Of a DNA stretch of 64,000 bases, positions 1 to 8,498 are shown in pieces (within the stretch, counting starts at the first letter, position 1; each line of letters begins with the position of its first letter). The notes under the pieces are model-generated. The model was not told where the DNA came from. It saw nothing but the letters and a program-made list of their open reading frames with translations, and ran no database searches. The stretch covers positions 1 to 64,000 of the forward strand of contig JBDHDE010000014.1 of assembly GCA_039591655.1 (NCBI GenBank), in the 5' to 3' direction. This DNA is from Gemmatimonadota bacterium. GTDB lineage: Bacteria > Gemmatimonadota > Gemmatimonadetes > Gemmatimonadales > GWC2-71-9. The position numbers were made by a program, and so were the translations under genes.

Positions 1-1
1 C

Positions 2-430
2 CGGACGGTCGCGGAACTCGGCGGCCGGAGCTACGAAGAGATGCGCGTCATCGTGCTCGAGTTCCTCGATACGGACATCTTCCAGGTGTCCAGTGAGAAC
101 TGCGTCTCGTTCCTCGATCCGCTGATTGATTTCTGGGATATCGACCTGGCGACGTTTGCGCTGGACATCGTTCTGACCGACAGAGTGGCCTCTGGGAACG
201 TGAAGCGATTTGAGTTCGTCGAGGTGGAATCCTCACAGCCCAGCGAAGAGCCCGGGCTCAAGGGATTCCTTCAGGATCCGGCCCTCAGCGGCACGGCGAC
301 CGCGGAGGAAATCGACTTTCTGAAGAGGCTGAAGTTCCAGGGCAGGCGGCCGACGCCGCTCTACTATTACCGCGCGTTACAGAACCTCAGGGACCCCCTT
401 CATTTTCGCACCACGGAGAGAGCACCATGA
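2..430 (+). CDS. Hypothetical protein, 5'-truncated by the window edge
   Basis: Frame is open from position 2 (RTVAELGGRSYEEMRVIVLEFLD...) to TGA at 430, with globular-protein composition. No family recognised. Confidence 0.7.
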   Translation, partial: RTVAELGGRSYEEMRVIVLEFLDTDIFQVSSENCVSFLDPLIDFWDIDLATFALDIVLTDRVASGNVKRFEFVEVESSQPSEEPGLKGFLQDPALSGTATAEEIDFLKRLKFQGRRPTPLYYYRALQNLRDPLHFRTTERAP

Positions 431-470
431 ACAGAGTGAACCGCTGCGGGCGCATCGCCCACCGGCACAA

Positions 471-809
471 TTGAACCGCTCGCGGCTGAAACTGGATCGC
501 GCCGGGATGGTGTCGGACGGCGGTCCACCACGCTGTCGGGGATGCGACCTGCGTTTGCAGTTCGGCACCGACCGCGATGGCCGGGCAACGGAATCCTGCG
601 TCTGCGGATACTACGCGTACGTAAAGACACGGTGTGGGCGCGTGGATTTGCGACGGGGCGCGCCCGTGGGTGCGTCAGGGGTGTTCACGGCCGCTACTCA
701 CGGCAGCCGCGACGCGACGCTGACGCGGACCGCAATCGCGGGCAATGGGAGCGGTCGCGGTCTCGTGAGACGGCGGACGACAGGCTGTCATGCCGCCCCA
801 TGGGCTTAA
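471..809 (+). CDS. Possible small zinc-ribbon protein
   Basis: CRGC...CVCG Cys pairs. Start uncertain (TTG 471 or ATG 507) and the C-terminus is low-complexity. Confidence 0.35.
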   Translation: MNRSRLKLDRAGMVSDGGPPRCRGCDLRLQFGTDRDGRATESCVCGYYAYVKTRCGRVDLRRGAPVGASGVFTAATHGSRDATLTRTAIAGNGSGRGLVRRRTTGCHAAPWA

Positions 810-1015
810 TACTCTGGCGTGCCCGATGGCTCGGAGTAATCGCCAGACGTACACTTCACGCACTCCTGACGTTGATCAGCGTTCGCCCCCGTGAAATCCC
901 TGTTATGGCAGATGTCACACCGCCCATATGAAACAGGGCCGCAGGTGAACTTCTGCTCGCACCACTTGGCGTTGGTACAACCACTGCCGCTGTGACACTT
1001 CCTGCAGAGGAGCAT
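806..1015 (-). CDS. Cys-rich microprotein (69 aa, 9 Cys, two CxxCH motifs)
   Basis: MLLCRKCH...CDICH...CVKCT, with GGTGGA just upstream of the ATG at 1015. Confidence 0.5.
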   Translation of the reverse strand: MLLCRKCHSGSGCTNAKWCEQKFTCGPVSYGRCDICHNRDFTGANADQRQECVKCTSGDYSEPSGTPEY

Positions 1016-1037
1016 CGTGTCCACCGCCGCGGTACCA

Positions 1038-1078
1038 GAAACACGGCGCCCGGCCAGCCGACCGAGCGTTTTCCGTGT
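1038..1078 (-). terminator. Hairpin downstream of tRNA-Asn, probable terminator
   Basis: Minus strand ACACGG-AAAA-CGCTCGGTCG/TGGCCGGGCG-CCGTGT followed by TTCT. Confidence 0.5.
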
Positions 1079-1099
1079 CCACGAAGACCAACTGACAAA

Positions 1100-1172
1100 C
1101 TCCGGAGGGGGGACTCGAACCCCCGACCCGACGGTTAACAGCCGTCTGCTCTACCAGCTGAGCTACTCCGGA
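1100..1172 (-). tRNA. tRNA-Asn (GTT), CCA not encoded
   Basis: Minus strand TCCGGAGTAGCTCAGCTGGTAGAGCAGACGGCTGTTAACCGTCGGGTCGGGGGTTCGAGTCCCCCCTCCGGAG forms a cloverleaf with anticodon GTT and a TTCGA T-loop. Confidence 0.97.
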
Positions 1173-1186
1173 ATGGTTGCGCCGGG

Positions 1187-1215
1187 AGTCTAACGGCGCT
1201 CGTGGGCCCACGCAA
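1187..1215 (-). promoter_or_regulatory. Sigma70-type promoter of tRNA-Asn
   Basis: TTGCGT-17 nt-TAGACT on the minus strand. Confidence 0.55.
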
Positions 1216-1221
1216 GCGAGC

Positions 1222-1863
1222 TCAGCGGCTCACTGTCACGACGAATGTAGCGGTCGTGAGGGCGAGGGTCATGAGTTGGAGGACGAGGAACCAATCCTCC
1301 CGGGCGAACCACTTCCGAGGCACCATGACCTCGTCCCCCGAGCGCACCCCGACCTCGGCGAGCGTGCGGCCCCGCAGCGCCTCGTCCTCGTAGTTCACAT
1401 AGCTGGCGGCGCCGCTGCGGTACACCGTGATCTTGTCCGTGTTCGCCGCCGGCGTGGGGCCACCCGCCAAGGCCACCAGGTCCAGCACGCTGAGCGTAGG
1501 ATCCACGGTGTAGAGGCCGGGGCTGCGGACGTGGCCCAGCACGGCTACCCGGAACAGCGGCGTGATGGTCACGAACGGGTTGGAGAACAGTCGCTCGAGG
1601 CCCGTGCGCAGGGTGTCCCGCAGCTGGGCTACCGTCAGCTCGCCGGTATCGATCTCGCCCAGCATCGGGTAGTGGAGCTTCCCTTCCTCGTCGACCTGGA
1701 ACTGCCCCGAGTACTCCTCGCGGCCCCACACGTGGATGCGGACGAGGTCACCAGGGGCCAGGGCGTACCCGCTGGCTGCCTGGATGACCACGAGGCCTTC
1801 CTCTTGCGCGGCGGCAGGGCCGGCGAGGACGGCCGCAAGTAGGATCAAGAGTCCGGTTCGCAT
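1222..1863 (-). CDS. Polysaccharide export (Wza-like Poly_export + SLBB) protein
   Basis: Signal peptide, YALAPGDLVRIHVW, GKLHYPMLGEI, VLGHVRSPGLY, LVALAGG, C-terminal hydrophobic helix. Confidence 0.85.
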   Translation of the reverse strand: MRTGLLILLAAVLAGPAAAQEEGLVVIQAASGYALAPGDLVRIHVWGREEYSGQFQVDEEGKLHYPMLGEIDTGELTVAQLRDTLRTGLERLFSNPFVTITPLFRVAVLGHVRSPGLYTVDPTLSVLDLVALAGGPTPAANTDKITVYRSGAASYVNYEDEALRGRTLAEVGVRSGDEVMVPRKWFAREDWFLVLQLMTLALTTATFVVTVSR

Positions 1864-1895
1864 GGGCTACAAGATTGTGGTTATTGGACTTGTGG

Positions 1896-4718
1896 TCAAC
1901 CGGACGTGCGCGCCGCCTGCGCCCCTTGCTCCTCCGAGCTCGCGAGGGCCGGCCGCAGGAACCGGGCCGTGTGGGTGTCGGCGCGGGACACGTCCTCGGG
2001 CGTCCCGGCGGCCACCACGCGGCCGCCGCCCTCCCCGCCGTCCGGCCCGAGGTCCACCACCCAGTCGGCGCGCTTGATGATGTCCAGATGGTGCTCGATC
2101 ACCAGGACCGTGTGCCCGGCATCCACCAGACGGTCCAGCACTCTGATGAGCGTGTGTACGTCGTCCAGGTGGAGGCCGGTGGTCGGCTCGTCGAGGATGT
2201 AGAGGCGGCGCGTCTTCTTGCGCCGGGCCGTGGCCAGCTGCCGCGCGATCTTGAGGCGTTGGGCCTCGCCGCCCGAGAGAGTGGTGGCGGGCTGGCCCAG
2301 GCGGAGGTAGCCGAGACCGACCTGTTGGAGATGCCAGAGGGCCCGCCCGAGGCGCTCCTGGTGGCGGAACCGCGTCATCGCCTGGTCCACGGTGAGGTTC
2401 AGCACGTCGTGGACGGAGAGGCCCTTGATCGTCACGTCCAAGACCTCGGGCTCGAACCGGTTCCCGCCGCATGCCTCGCAGGGCACGAGCACGTCCGCCA
2501 GGAAGACCATCTCGATCTGCACGTGACCCGCGCCCTCGCACGTGAGGCACCGGCCGCCGTCGGTCGCGTTGAAGCTGAAGGTAGTGGGCGTGTAGCTCCG
2601 GGCCCGGGCGAGAGGCTGCGCGGCAAACAGCTGCCGGATCTCGTCGAAGGCCCGCACATACGTGATGGGGTTGGAGCGGGGCGTGCGGCCGATGGGGGAT
2701 TGATCCACCAGCACCACGTCCTCGAGGCCCTCCCATCCGCTGAGCTCGTCGATCGCCCCGACCCGCTCGCCGAGATGCTCCTTGGCGCCGTGGGATCCCT
2801 TGAGGCGGACCGCGAGATTGCGGTACAGCACGTCGTGCACGAGGGTGGACTTACCGGAGCCCGAGACGCCGGTGATGACCGTGAGCGTGCCGAGGGGGAT
2901 GGCGGCGTCGACACCATCGAGGTTGTGCAGCCGGGCGCCCTTGACCACCAGCCATTGGGGCCCTGCACGGCGGCGCAGGCTAGGCACGGCGATCCGCTTC
3001 GTCCCACTCAGGTACTTGCCGGTGAGGGTCTCGGCCCGCTCGGCGCCTTCCACCGCGCCGGAGTAGACGACCTCGCCCCCGTGCTCGCCGCTCCCAGGGC
3101 CGAGTTCCACCATGTGGTCGGCCGCGCGGATGGTGGCGACGTCGTGCTCGACGATCACCACGGTGTTGCCGGCCGAGCGCAGCCGCTGCAGGAGCCTCAG
3201 TAGCCGGTCGATGTCCCTGGGATGCAGGCCGATGGACGGCTCGTCTAGGACGTACAGCGTATCGACGAGGCGCGACCCCATGGCGTTGGCCAACGCGATG
3301 CGCTGCGCCTCCCCCCCCGAGAGGGTGCGGGTCTGGCGGTCGAGGGTGAGGTAGCCCAGGCCCACGTCCCGCAGGAAGGCGACGCGGTCGCCGAGCTCCC
3401 GCAGTATGGTCGCGGCCACGCCGCGCTCGAACGGCGAGAGGTCCAGCCCATCCAGCCACCGCGCCAGGGAGTCCGCGCTGAGGGCCGCAATCTCGCCGAT
3501 GTGGTGATCGCCCAGCTTCACGGCGAGCGCCTCCAGCCGCAGGCGCGTGCCGCCACAAGCGGGGCACTCGTTGGCCAGCTGGTACTGCCGCAGGAATACG
3601 CGGATGTACTGCTTGTAGCGCTTGCGCTCCAGGTCCCTCAGGAACGGAAACACACCGCGGTACCGTCCCCGAGTGTTATGCAGCAGGAACTGCTGGTGCG
3701 ACTTCTTGAGCCGCCGCCAGGCACGGTTCACTGGGATGCCCTCCTGCTGGGCGGTCTGCTGCAGCAGGCTGCGGCGGCGTGTGTAGCGCGGCTTGGTCCA
3801 CGGATCCAGCGCACCCTGCTTCAGGGTGCGCGCAGGGTCGGGGACGATCAGGGTCTCATCGTACTCCAGCACGGCCCCGAAGCCGTTGCATCCCGGGCAG
3901 GCGCCGCGGGGATTGTTGAAGGAGAAGAGACCGGGCGAGAGCGGCAGCGTCGGCGTCCCGCACGCGGTGCAACGCGGGTGCTGTGAGAAGCGAACCACCT
4001 CGCGCTCGCCATGGATCTCTGCGAGCCCCTCTCCCTCGGCGAACGCCAGTGCGAGGGAATCGGCGAGCCGCCCGCGGGCCGCCGGGGTCACCCGGAGGCG
4101 ATCCACGACCACCAGGACGGACTCCTCGTCCAGGCGCACGGTGTGCGGCAGCTCGTCGAGCCGGTGGATCTCTCCCCCTACCATGACCCGCACGAACCCC
4201 ATGGCCCGCAGGTTCTCGATGATGCCATCGTGGCCGATCTGGGCCACTGCGGGGAGGGGGAAGGCCACCGGGACCGTGCGGTCGGCAAAGGCCTCCAGGG
4301 CACGGTCGGCGGCGGTCGTGGGCGAGTCCACCGTGACCGGGCCGCCGCATCTGTGGCACGACGGCCGGCCGACCCGCGCCCAGAGCAGCCGCAGGTAGTC
4401 GTAGATCTCCGTCGCGGTCCCCACCGTGGAGCGACTCGAGGTCGTGGGGTTCTTCTGCTCGATGGCCACCGCCGGCGACACGCCCTCGATGTAGTCCACC
4501 AGCGGTTTGGGCATTCGCTCGAGGAACTGCTTGGCGTACGTGGAGAGGGATTCGATATAGCGCCGCTGCCCTTCGGCGAACAGCGTGTCGAACGCGAGTG
4601 TGCTCTTCCCGGAGCCCGACGGCCCGGTGATCACGGTGAGCGCCCGCCGCGGGATCTCGAGGGAGATCCCCTTCAGATTGTGTTGCCGTGCGCCCTCCAC
4701 GCGGATGCGGTCGGCCAT
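1896..4718 (-). CDS. uvrA: Excinuclease ABC subunit A
   Basis: GARQHNLK, two Walker A motifs ([16 protein letters not shown]), two LSGGEAQR signatures, Zn fingers. Real start is ATG 4718; the upstream extension in the ORF track is spurious. Confidence 0.95.
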   Translation of the reverse strand: MADRIRVEGARQHNLKGISLEIPRRALTVITGPSGSGKSTLAFDTLFAEGQRRYIESLSTYAKQFLERMPKPLVDYIEGVSPAVAIEQKNPTTSSRSTVGTATEIYDYLRLLWARVGRPSCHRCGGPVTVDSPTTAADRALEAFADRTVPVAFPLPAVAQIGHDGIIENLRAMGFVRVMVGGEIHRLDELPHTVRLDEESVLVVVDRLRVTPAARGRLADSLALAFAEGEGLAEIHGEREVVRFSQHPRCTACGTPTLPLSPGLFSFNNPRGACPGCNGFGAVLEYDETLIVPDPARTLKQGALDPWTKPRYTRRRSLLQQTAQQEGIPVNRAWRRLKKSHQQFLLHNTRGRYRGVFPFLRDLERKRYKQYIRVFLRQYQLANECPACGGTRLRLEALAVKLGDHHIGEIAALSADSLARWLDGLDLSPFERGVAATILRELGDRVAFLRDVGLGYLTLDRQTRTLSGGEAQRIALANAMGSRLVDTLYVLDEPSIGLHPRDIDRLLRLLQRLRSAGNTVVIVEHDVATIRAADHMVELGPGSGEHGGEVVYSGAVEGAERAETLTGKYLSGTKRIAVPSLRRRAGPQWLVVKGARLHNLDGVDAAIPLGTLTVITGVSGSGKSTLVHDVLYRNLAVRLKGSHGAKEHLGERVGAIDELSGWEGLEDVVLVDQSPIGRTPRSNPITYVRAFDEIRQLFAAQPLARARSYTPTTFSFNATDGGRCLTCEGAGHVQIEMVFLADVLVPCEACGGNRFEPEVLDVTIKGLSVHDVLNLTVDQAMTRFRHQERLGRALWHLQQVGLGYLRLGQPATTLSGGEAQRLKIARQLATARRKKTRRLYILDEPTTGLHLDDVHTLIRVLDRLVDAGHTVLVIEHHLDIIKRADWVVDLGPDGGEGGGRVVAAGTPEDVSRADTHTARFLRPALASSEEQGAQAARTSG

Positions 4719-4725
4719 GCGGTGA

Positions 4726-4794
4726 AGCATAGCGGGCCCCTCACGAATGCTACAAGAGCAACCGTTGACGGCGGTGGCGCGGAGAGGGTACGTT
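4726..4794. promoter_or_regulatory. Divergent promoters of uvrA and the flippase-like gene
   Basis: Minus: TTGTAG-18-TATGCT-7-ATG. Plus: TTGACG-18-TACGTT-8-ATG. Confidence 0.55.
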
Positions 4795-4802
4795 GCCCGG
4801 CC

Positions 4803-5909
4803 ATGGCCGCGCGACTGCCCATCAAGCTGCTGCGGCGAGGGCTGGAGCTCTTCGCGCTCATCTCGGTCGTCGTCTTCGTCGCGGTGCTGTTCTACGGGAA
4901 CAACTTCGAGTTGTTCCTCGACGCGATGTTCTCGCTCAGATGGCAGTGGCTGCTGCTGGGGCTGGGCCTCGCGTCCCTCGACTGGATCGGCGGCGGCCTC
5001 CGGCTGTTCGTGCTGGCGCGGCATGTCCACCCGGAAACCACGCTCAAGGGCGCCGTGCTCTCGGCCGGCCTCAACGCGTGGGCGACGCTCCTCACGCCGT
5101 CCCAGGCTGGCGGTGGCCCTGTCGGCATCTACACCCTCAAGCGCTACGGTACTCCGCTCCCGGTGGCGATGGTCGCCACGTTCATGAGCTTCGTGGCGAC
5201 CATCCTTTTTTTCGGGGTGGCCGGGCCGCTCACGATCTTCCTCGGAGCGGGACGCTCGCTCGAGCAGCATGGCGTCCTCGGCTTGGTGTCGCTGCGCGAT
5301 CTGTACGGGTTGAGCCTGATGGGCTTCATGGCCGTCGGCGCCATCATGCTGTTCCTGATGCTGTTCCCAGGGGTTGCGCGCCGGCTGGCTCGCAAAGTCG
5401 TGTCCTGGCTCGAGCGGCGGGGGAGTGCTGGGCTGGCTGGCCGCGTGGTGACCCTGAACGCCGGCATCGACCGGGCGCACGAGACGATGGTGGCGTATTT
5501 CCGCGGGCGAGGCTGGCTGTCGCTCGTGGCCGCCGTGGTGCTCACCGCTGTGGCGCTCTCCAACAAGCTGGTGGCGGGGTATGTGGTGCTGCGGGCCCTG
5601 GGGATCCATGCGCAGTTCGTGGACGTGGTGTTGCTGCAGACCCTGATCGTATTCCTCTTGTATTTCGCGCCGACCCCGGGGGGCTCGGGGCTGGCCGAGG
5701 TGCTGTCCGCCGCCGTCATGTCGATCTATGTTCCGCGGGAGCTTACGCCGTCCTACATCCTGCTGTGGCGGGTTCTGACGAGCTATCTCACCGTGGGCTT
5801 CGGGTCCTACGTCTTCTACAGTTGGATCAGGCGCGCAGAGGTGCCTTCGGACGACGAGGACGAGCTCCGGGACGAGCTCGAGGACCCCCCGGAGCCGGCT
5901 GCGCCGTGA
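4803..5909 (+). CDS. Lysylphosphatidylglycerol synthase TM-domain (UPF0104/YbhN-like) membrane protein
   Basis: Multiple TM helices, TPSQAGGGP and APTPGGSGLAE motifs, LLWRVLTSY. Confidence 0.85.
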   Translation: MAARLPIKLLRRGLELFALISVVVFVAVLFYGNNFELFLDAMFSLRWQWLLLGLGLASLDWIGGGLRLFVLARHVHPETTLKGAVLSAGLNAWATLLTPSQAGGGPVGIYTLKRYGTPLPVAMVATFMSFVATILFFGVAGPLTIFLGAGRSLEQHGVLGLVSLRDLYGLSLMGFMAVGAIMLFLMLFPGVARRLARKVVSWLERRGSAGLAGRVVTLNAGIDRAHETMVAYFRGRGWLSLVAAVVLTAVALSNKLVAGYVVLRALGIHAQFVDVVLLQTLIVFLLYFAPTPGGSGLAEVLSAAVMSIYVPRELTPSYILLWRVLTSYLTVGFGSYVFYSWIRRAEVPSDDEDELRDELEDPPEPAAP

Positions 5910-5928
5910 GGCCGCGGCGCTCGCTGAG

Positions 5929-5957
5929 TTGCAGGCCCCGAAGTGGCAAACTAGCTT
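5929..5957 (+). promoter_or_regulatory. Sigma70-type promoter of the FHA-PP2C operon
   Basis: TTGCAG-17 nt-TAGCTT. Confidence 0.5.
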
Positions 5958-5993
5958 TTGCTCACGAGTCCCGAATCCTAAGGACACGGCCGG

Positions 5994-7508
5994 ATGTCGT
6001 ATCTCCAGGTCGGTGGCCGTCGCCACCCGGTTCCGGTAGGCGACGCGATCATCGGCTCTGACCCATCGTCCCTGATCCCGCTGACCGGCGAGGGCGTGTT
6101 GGGGCAGCATGCCATTGTGCAGGGGCTGCCCAGCGGCCAGGTCGCCATCCGCCTCGGAGCCGAGGGGGCCGAGGTGTTGGTGAATGGCGTACGCCTGGGA
6201 CCGCAGCCGCACCCGCTGCTCCACGGAGACAAGGTGGAGATCGGGGGCGAGGCGATCCTCTTCGTGGACGAGCGCCGCAGCGGCAGCACCCAGTACGTCC
6301 AGGCGATGGATCCCTCTGATGTCGCAGCCAAGCCGGCCAAGCGGGTGGCGACGTCCGGGACGGGCGGTCGGCTGGTATCCCTCACCGACGGTCGCGAGTA
6401 CGTCATGGCCGACAATTCCCTCACGATCGGGCGTGACGCGAGCTGCGACGTGGTGCTCACAAGCAAGAACGTCTCGCGGCGGCACGCGGAGGTCATCAGC
6501 TCCCCCAAGGGCTACGTCCTGGTGGATAGCAGCACGAACGGCACCATCGTCAACGGGAAGCGGATCTCGGGGCAGCACGTCCTGGCGCGGGGGGACGTGA
6601 TCCAGTGTGGCGAGTACGACCTCCGCTTCTATGCCGATGTGGCGCAGGAAGCCCCGCCCCCGGTGGAGGGACCTGCGGCTCCCGGGGCGCCGTGGATGGA
6701 GGCTCCGGCCATGCCGCCGCCCGGCGCGGAGCATCGCCTGAGCAACACCCTCCACGGGGTGCCGGGCATACGCATGCAGAAGCCGGGAGCCGCTCCCGCT
6801 ACCAAGCCCAAGAAGGCGGCGTCCGAGCCTCCGCCCACCCCGCGGGCCTCGGCGTCCACCGGCGTGCTGGCCAACCTACTGGTCAGGAGTGGCACGCTCA
6901 GGGGGCGACGGTTCTCCATCAAGGTACCGGTGGTGAACGTGGGGCGGGCCGATTACAACGACATCGCGCTCCCCGAAGAGAGTGTCTCCACTACGCACGC
7001 CAAGCTGCAGCGGCGTGAGGGGATCTGGATGCTGGTCGACCTGGAGTCCACCAACGGCACGATGGTGGACGGCCAAAAGGTGGAGGGAGAGGTGCCGCTG
7101 GCTCCGGGCGCCCTCATCAGGTTCGGGGACGTCCAGACGATATTCGAGCCCACGGACGACACCATCGATCCGAAGAAAGGGAGCTCGACCAAGATCATCG
7201 ACAGCATCAAGGAGGTCGCGGCGGTCTCGGGATCCCGGAAGGCGACGCCCGAGGCGCCGCCCCCGGTGTCGCAAGGCGGGCCGCCGTCGGGCGTGAAGCC
7301 GGTGGATGTGCCGGACCGCGCGACGGAGCCCCTGCGGGGAATAGACGTGCCCCGACCCAGCGCCGCCGCCCGGCGGGACCAGCAGCGCCGGCCGTCGCGC
7401 CCGCCGCCGGAGCCGGAGGCACCCTCCGGAGGCCTGCCCTGGTGGCTGTTCATCGTGATTGTCGCGGTCATCGTCCTCGTCGCCATCGTCTTTCTGGGCG
7501 CCAGCTAA
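5994..7508 (+). CDS. Triple-FHA-domain protein with C-terminal membrane anchor
   Basis: FHA motifs IGR...VSRRH...STNGT and VGR...VSTTH...STNGT, a degenerate N-terminal FHA, Pro-rich linkers, terminal TM helix. Confidence 0.88.
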   Translation: MSYLQVGGRRHPVPVGDAIIGSDPSSLIPLTGEGVLGQHAIVQGLPSGQVAIRLGAEGAEVLVNGVRLGPQPHPLLHGDKVEIGGEAILFVDERRSGSTQYVQAMDPSDVAAKPAKRVATSGTGGRLVSLTDGREYVMADNSLTIGRDASCDVVLTSKNVSRRHAEVISSPKGYVLVDSSTNGTIVNGKRISGQHVLARGDVIQCGEYDLRFYADVAQEAPPPVEGPAAPGAPWMEAPAMPPPGAEHRLSNTLHGVPGIRMQKPGAAPATKPKKAASEPPPTPRASASTGVLANLLVRSGTLRGRRFSIKVPVVNVGRADYNDIALPEESVSTTHAKLQRREGIWMLVDLESTNGTMVDGQKVEGEVPLAPGALIRFGDVQTIFEPTDDTIDPKKGSSTKIIDSIKEVAAVSGSRKATPEAPPPVSQGGPPSGVKPVDVPDRATEPLRGIDVPRPSAAARRDQQRRPSRPPPEPEAPSGGLPWWLFIVIVAVIVLVAIVFLGAS

Positions 7509-7509
7509 C

Positions 7510-8295
7510 GTGACGCACACCGTTCGATTCACCTGCGCGGGAAGAACCGACGTTGGCGTCGTGCGTTCGGGGAACGAGGACGCGTATCTCATGATCCCGG
7601 ACCACGGCGTCTTCATCGTCGCGGACGGCATGGGGGGGCACGCCGCGGGCGAGGTCGCGAGTGACATGGCGGTGCGGATCGTCGCCCAGTCGCTGGAAGG
7701 AGTGGCGGGCAGGCCTGACACCGAGGCGGCCGAGGTCATCCGCGAGTCCATCGTGGAAGCCAACGGCGCCATCTTCCAGCGCACCCTGGTGGAGCAGGAC
7801 AAGCGGGGCATGGGTACGACTGCCACCGCGATGGTGATCAACGGCCCGAAGTACCTCATCGGCCAGGTGGGGGACAGTCGGGCCTACGTGTGGCGGGAGC
7901 ACAAGCTGTTCCAGATCACGAAGGACCATTCGTACGTTCAGGAGCAGGTCGACGCGGGATACCTGACGCCCGATCAGGCCCGCACACATCCCTACAGCAA
8001 CGTCATCACCCGGTGCGTGGGCGCTAACAGCCACGTGGCGCCTGACATCTACGTGGGATCGCTGCGCTCCGATGACATCTACCTCCTGGCCTCGGACGGC
8101 CTCACCGGCATGCTGGAGGACCAGGAGCTCCTGTCGGTCATGAACTCGGGCCGCAGCCCGGCCGAGCTGGTAGACTCGCTCATCGCGGAGGCGAACCGCC
8201 GCGGCGGACTGGACAACGTCACGGTCATCGTCGTCCGGATCGACAGCGTGGAGAACGGCGCCGGCGGCGCTTCGGACTCCGACGGCGAGGCGTGA
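7510..8295 (+). CDS. PP2C-family Ser/Thr protein phosphatase (Stp1/PrpC-like)
   Basis: RSGNED, VADGMGGHAAGEVAS, MGTT, VGDSRAY, SDGL, GGLDNVT. GTG start at 7510. Confidence 0.93.
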   Translation: MTHTVRFTCAGRTDVGVVRSGNEDAYLMIPDHGVFIVADGMGGHAAGEVASDMAVRIVAQSLEGVAGRPDTEAAEVIRESIVEANGAIFQRTLVEQDKRGMGTTATAMVINGPKYLIGQVGDSRAYVWREHKLFQITKDHSYVQEQVDAGYLTPDQARTHPYSNVITRCVGANSHVAPDIYVGSLRSDDIYLLASDGLTGMLEDQELLSVMNSGRSPAELVDSLIAEANRRGGLDNVTVIVVRIDSVENGAGGASDSDGEA

Positions 8296-8498
8296 CCGTA
8301 GGTCCCAACCCGGAAGCACTCGGGCCGCTCGCGGCCGAGCATCTACCCTCGATACTGTACGCGTTGGAAGCCTGTGCGCTCCAGATGGAAGGGGCGGGGC
8401 GCGGCGAGGAGGCGGCGTACTTCCGGGCGCTGGCCCGGCAGCTGGGGGAGGCCGGGGGCGCACCCCGGCGCGGTGAGGAGGAGGCCGGCGAGCCCTAG
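8292..8498 (+). CDS. Small hypothetical helical protein
   Basis: GTGA overlap with the PP2C stop; fills the gap up to the convergent HD gene. Confidence 0.5.
   Translation: MTVGPNPEALGPLAAEHLPSILYALEACALQMEGAGRGEEAAYFRALARQLGEAGGAPRRGEEEAGEP

Noticed and set aside
806..1015. Diheme cytochrome c call for the CxxCH peptide
   Set aside because: No signal peptide and five extra Cys; kept only as a Cys-rich microprotein.
4719..6755. 1619-aa 'giant UvrA' N-terminal extension
   Set aside because: It is the antisense shadow of two real plus-strand genes; UvrA motifs begin at ATG 4718.
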